The position numbers and the translations under genes were made by a program. A model generated the notes under the pieces. That model ran no database searches and had not been told where the DNA came from. It saw only the letters and a list, made by a program, of their open reading frames with translations. From Octopus sinensis (lineage: Eukaryota): a stretch of 64,000 bases of DNA. Below are positions 60,373-64,000 of the stretch, piece by piece. Position 1 is the first letter of the stretch. Each line of letters begins with the position of its first letter. Where the stretch lies: positions 1,364,001 through 1,428,000 of the forward strand of contig NC_043021.1 of the NCBI RefSeq assembly GCF_006345805.1, read 5' to 3'.

Positions 60373-63300
60373 TCCTTATATACAGAAGGTTGAAAAGTAA
60401 CACATGAGTTGATATGTATAAGGATAATAAAACAAAGTAGAAAATGCTAAAATAATTTTATCATGAAATACATTTTGTAACGGTTAGTACTGGTTTCAGT
60501 CTTTTTGATTTTTTCAACTAAGAGTAAAATAAAGGTGGTATTAATTAAGAAGAAAAACAATTAGATTAAATGTTTTGTAAATATTTCCATAGTCTTCAAA
60601 TAGGTAGGACATTTCCATTTTTCTTTGTGAAAGCATATCTGAAAAAATAGTGTTTATGGGGTCAGAGAAATATGTAATTCAGAAGTTCGATGGTTTAAGC
60701 AGCAGCAACCGAGGAAGGAGAAGGTGAAGGAGGGGAGGAAGAAAACGTAAAAGACGGGAGTGGTATGATCAAGTAGTAGAGGCTGTCCATGGAATCTACT
60801 TTAATGGTCAAGTGAACTGTTGTGGTTGTTGCAGTAATGGTAGGAATTGTTCTAAATAAATTCATGGGTAACAACTGTTCTTCATATATCTATAGTTTTT
60901 AATATTTGCATGGGTATTATTCTAAGATCCTTGTAATAGTGTCATCTGTGGTGGAAGCATTCAAAAGAGGTTTATATTTCGCGATAAAATATGATTCTTT
61001 GCTGATGCGCTGATTATAGGTTGCATTGTCCCTAAATTTATAGAAGGGAAAAATTCTAAAGTTGGGTTGTTTATTAGTGGCACATATGTTGAGTTCACTT
61101 TATATATATATACATATATAAAGAAGGTCCATCAAGCTGAACAAAATCACAGTCGTGGCAGATACCGGTGTCACGCAAATGGCACTCGTGCCGGTGTTTG
61201 GCAAGTGGCACATAAAAGCACCCATTACACTCTCGGAGTGGTTGGCATTAGGAAGGGCATCCAGCCATAGAAAACCATGCCAAATCAGACTGTAGTCTAG
61301 TGCAGCCTTCCTGCATGTCAACCTGATCAAACCGTCCAATCTGCGACAACATGGACAATGGACATTAGATGATGATGATGATGATTCACACATACATACA
61401 TAACTGTACATGTACTTAAGCACATGTACACACATGTATACAGATATATACACATGGGATGTGTTAGTCATTAGTATCTCCTTATTTTCTCATAGAATTT
61501 GAATTTCTTGAACTTTTTGTGTAAACAGTTAATGGTTGTCCCTTTTCTTTTACTAAGCATGCCATCTCTAGCCATAGGGATTTCCACTACTTCATCTGAA
61601 CAGTATCGACACCTTCATTTCCCCCCACTTTTATAAGGATCTGCTTTACATAGTATCGCCCATTGTAATTTATAGTTTGTACTTTTTGTTTTTAAACCAT
61701 GTATATTCAGAAAATGATGTTTATTAGTGTCTTTTGTAAAAAAAGGAAGAAAATGATTTTTATGCAGCTTGAATCCTTTTTTAAAAAATCTGTGGACGAT
61801 TCAGTGTAGAATTTAATGTTGCTGTGTGTTGGGAGATCGTACTTGTAGACTGCATCAGTTACTGTTGGTTTCGTCCTGGTTGTTTGATTAGGTTGTTGTT
61901 TTTGTTCCTACCATTACAATGATGACCATCACAGCCATGAACACCACCACAACCACCAGTACTCCGAGTAGTTGTGTAGGTAATAGTAGTTGCAGTAGCA
62001 GCATCCCCATTAGTAGTAAGTAGCATCAGCATTAATCTCATTGGAAGCATCACTGGAAGCCAACTAATTGCATTTGTTAAGGATTTATTACTTCCAGCGG
62101 AAATTCCTTGAATACATTTATTTCAGACAACTGTACCGGGTATCCCATGGGTATAAAAGAGAGATATGATAATTTACTGTTGCTATCTACCAAATACCAT
62201 TCAAGAGATGTTGGTCAATAAACAGTTTTTATTTGTCTTTGTATGGGATTCCAAAGAAGTGCCAATCACTGAAAGTGGATGGTACCCACAAAGAGGGAGA
62301 CTGAGGAAGACATGGGATGAAGTGGTAAGGATCGATCTCAGAATTTTGGGCCCCACAAAGGAAATGACAATCGACTGAGATGTCTAGTAATTTGAGATTC
62401 TTGAGAATACCCACCCACGTCAGCGAAATTGAGTTCTAGAAGCGTTGTGTATTTCACCCACACATAACAAAACAACTTTTATGAATACACCCTACCCCAA
62501 CAAATCAAGTTACATCTCTACATCTCTTTCTCACATTTCCTCTTTCATGCACTATACTTACCTCCCTCTCCTCAATTTTGTTCTCTTGGCCCTCTTTCAC
62601 TGTATCATTGCTTTCCACTAACCTCACTGACCTGTGTGTTCCACCCACATGGAACAGGATAACTTTTCACACACCCTAACCCCAACAAATCAAACGACAT
62701 CTCTTCCTCACATCTCCTCCTTCATGCACTATGCTTACCTATCACTCCCCAACCCAGTCCTCACAGCCCTGTTTCTTTGTATTATTGCTATTCGGTAGCC
62801 CCCCCCATCTCTATATACCCAGGTTTTCGCCACTCACTACATTCCCCTTCCCCACTCTCTACTGACATTACTTTAGCAATGCCCTGCCATTTATATTGTG
62901 ACCTTCAAACCTCAAGGGCATGCCATTGCACTTGCCACCATCTATCTCACTCTTCTTTTACTCAACGATCCCATTTATATTCTGATTCCAATCCCTTGTC
63001 ATTGTGCCTGGCACTCTGCCACCATATCTATCCTGCTGTCTCACACTCTCTCTTGCTCTTCTCTCAGGTTGGGTGACCATGTATCTCCTTTATGGCAGCA
63101 CACCCGTTTCTTTCCTCAGTCCTGATGCCCGCCCCCTCCCCCAGCTGGGTAACCTTGTACCTCCTCTGCAGCAAGACACCTCTTTCTGTCTCACTTTAAC
63201 CTTTCATCATCTGACACTAGATCACCTCCTCCAATGCCCCTTCCCCTCTCAAAAGGTTCTTTGTCTTGCAAGTTACTTGGTGACCCTGTCAGTGCAGGTG

Positions 63301-63961
63301 CCACTTAAAAAGTATCCAGTTTGCACTGTAAAGTAGTTGGCATTTGGAAGAGCATCCAGCTGTAAAAACCTTGCCGAAACTGACCTCACCTGTGCTTGTG
63401 CCTTGTAAAAAGCACTCAGTCCACTCTACTGGGTGGTTGGTGTTAGGAAGGGCATCCAGCCATCAAAACCCTGCCAAGATAGACGCAGAAGCCTGGTTCA
63501 TGCTTCTGCCTGGCAGGCTCTTGTGAAACTGTCCCATACCAGCATAGAAGGAGGCAGATGTTCAGTGATGAGGATTGCTAAATAATAATTTAAGATTTTT
63601 AACAAAGTTATGTTTATGACTCTATAATGTTATTTATGTTGTTCTTCAGAAGATGTTATTTTTCAGTCTTGATCCTAAAGATAAATTCGAACCATTCCAT
63701 ATTATTAGCTGAAATCTTTGTATTTTACCATAACTTGTTATCTAAAGAAGATTTATAAAATGAACCAGATTCTTGTGATTTGTTCTGTGAATTACAAACT
63801 TTTAAAAATAAAATTCAATTCAATAAGAAGCTAATAAAATTGTTGAAGTCCTTGTAACATTTTTTCTACTTTCTGCTGTTTTCTTTCTTGCTTACAACTT
63901 TGTAAGCTTCCCAAATTTTGTGCAAGTTGATCAATTTTTTTTCTTTTCCTTTTCCCTTCAG

Positions 63962-64000
63962 GTTACCTTTGTCCTCCTGAAGCCAATATATATGGGATAG
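63962..64000 (+). CDS. unc-119: UNC-119 homolog, exon 2 (runs off the window)
   Basis: (G)GT TAC CTT TGT CCT CCT GAA GCC AAT ATA TAT GGG ATA G = GYLCPPEANIYGI, matching the UNC119 motif YLC.PE.NIY.IDF. Confidence 0.9.
   Translation, partial: VTFVLLKPIYMG

Larger units (their letters stand above)
30765..63961 (+). other. unc-119: UNC119 intron 1 (33,197 bp, phase 1)
   Basis: GT donor at 30765 and pyrimidine tract plus CAG acceptor ending at 63961. Splicing gives an in-frame VTEGYLCPPEANIYGI. Confidence 0.8.

Overview
AT-rich, repeat-dense animal genomic DNA. The SINE/LINE content and (TA)n abundance resemble an octopod cephalopod, which is an inference. One host gene is supported: UNC119 on the + strand, with coding exon 1 at 30485-30764, a 33.2-kb phase-1 intron, and exon 2 starting at 63962. 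The rest is transposon debris (CR1-like, RTE, L1/Tx1, Penelope, Gypsy, BEL, hAT, pogo, Tc1/mariner, Chapaev-like, Helitron/HINE, tRNA-SINEs), microsatellites and one 100-N gap. Two systems stand out. (1) At 10.9-14.5 kb, three highly diverged ORF1-only (gag-like, no endonuclease/RT) poly(A)-signal elements lie head-to-tail. Each is bounded by the identical 14-mer AACCGGTGATTGTC, within a ~358-bp host repeat that has a hammerhead-like motif next to the insertion site. A fourth relative lies at 17-18.7 kb and a decayed EN/RT-bearing relative at 5.6-7.7 kb. (2) Several small palindromic elements sit in or beside (TA)n tracts; four carry intact or degenerate type I hammerhead ribozyme motifs of the Penelope pLTR kind, with their 3' ends pointing outward. 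All family calls come from recognising motifs by eye; no database search was run.
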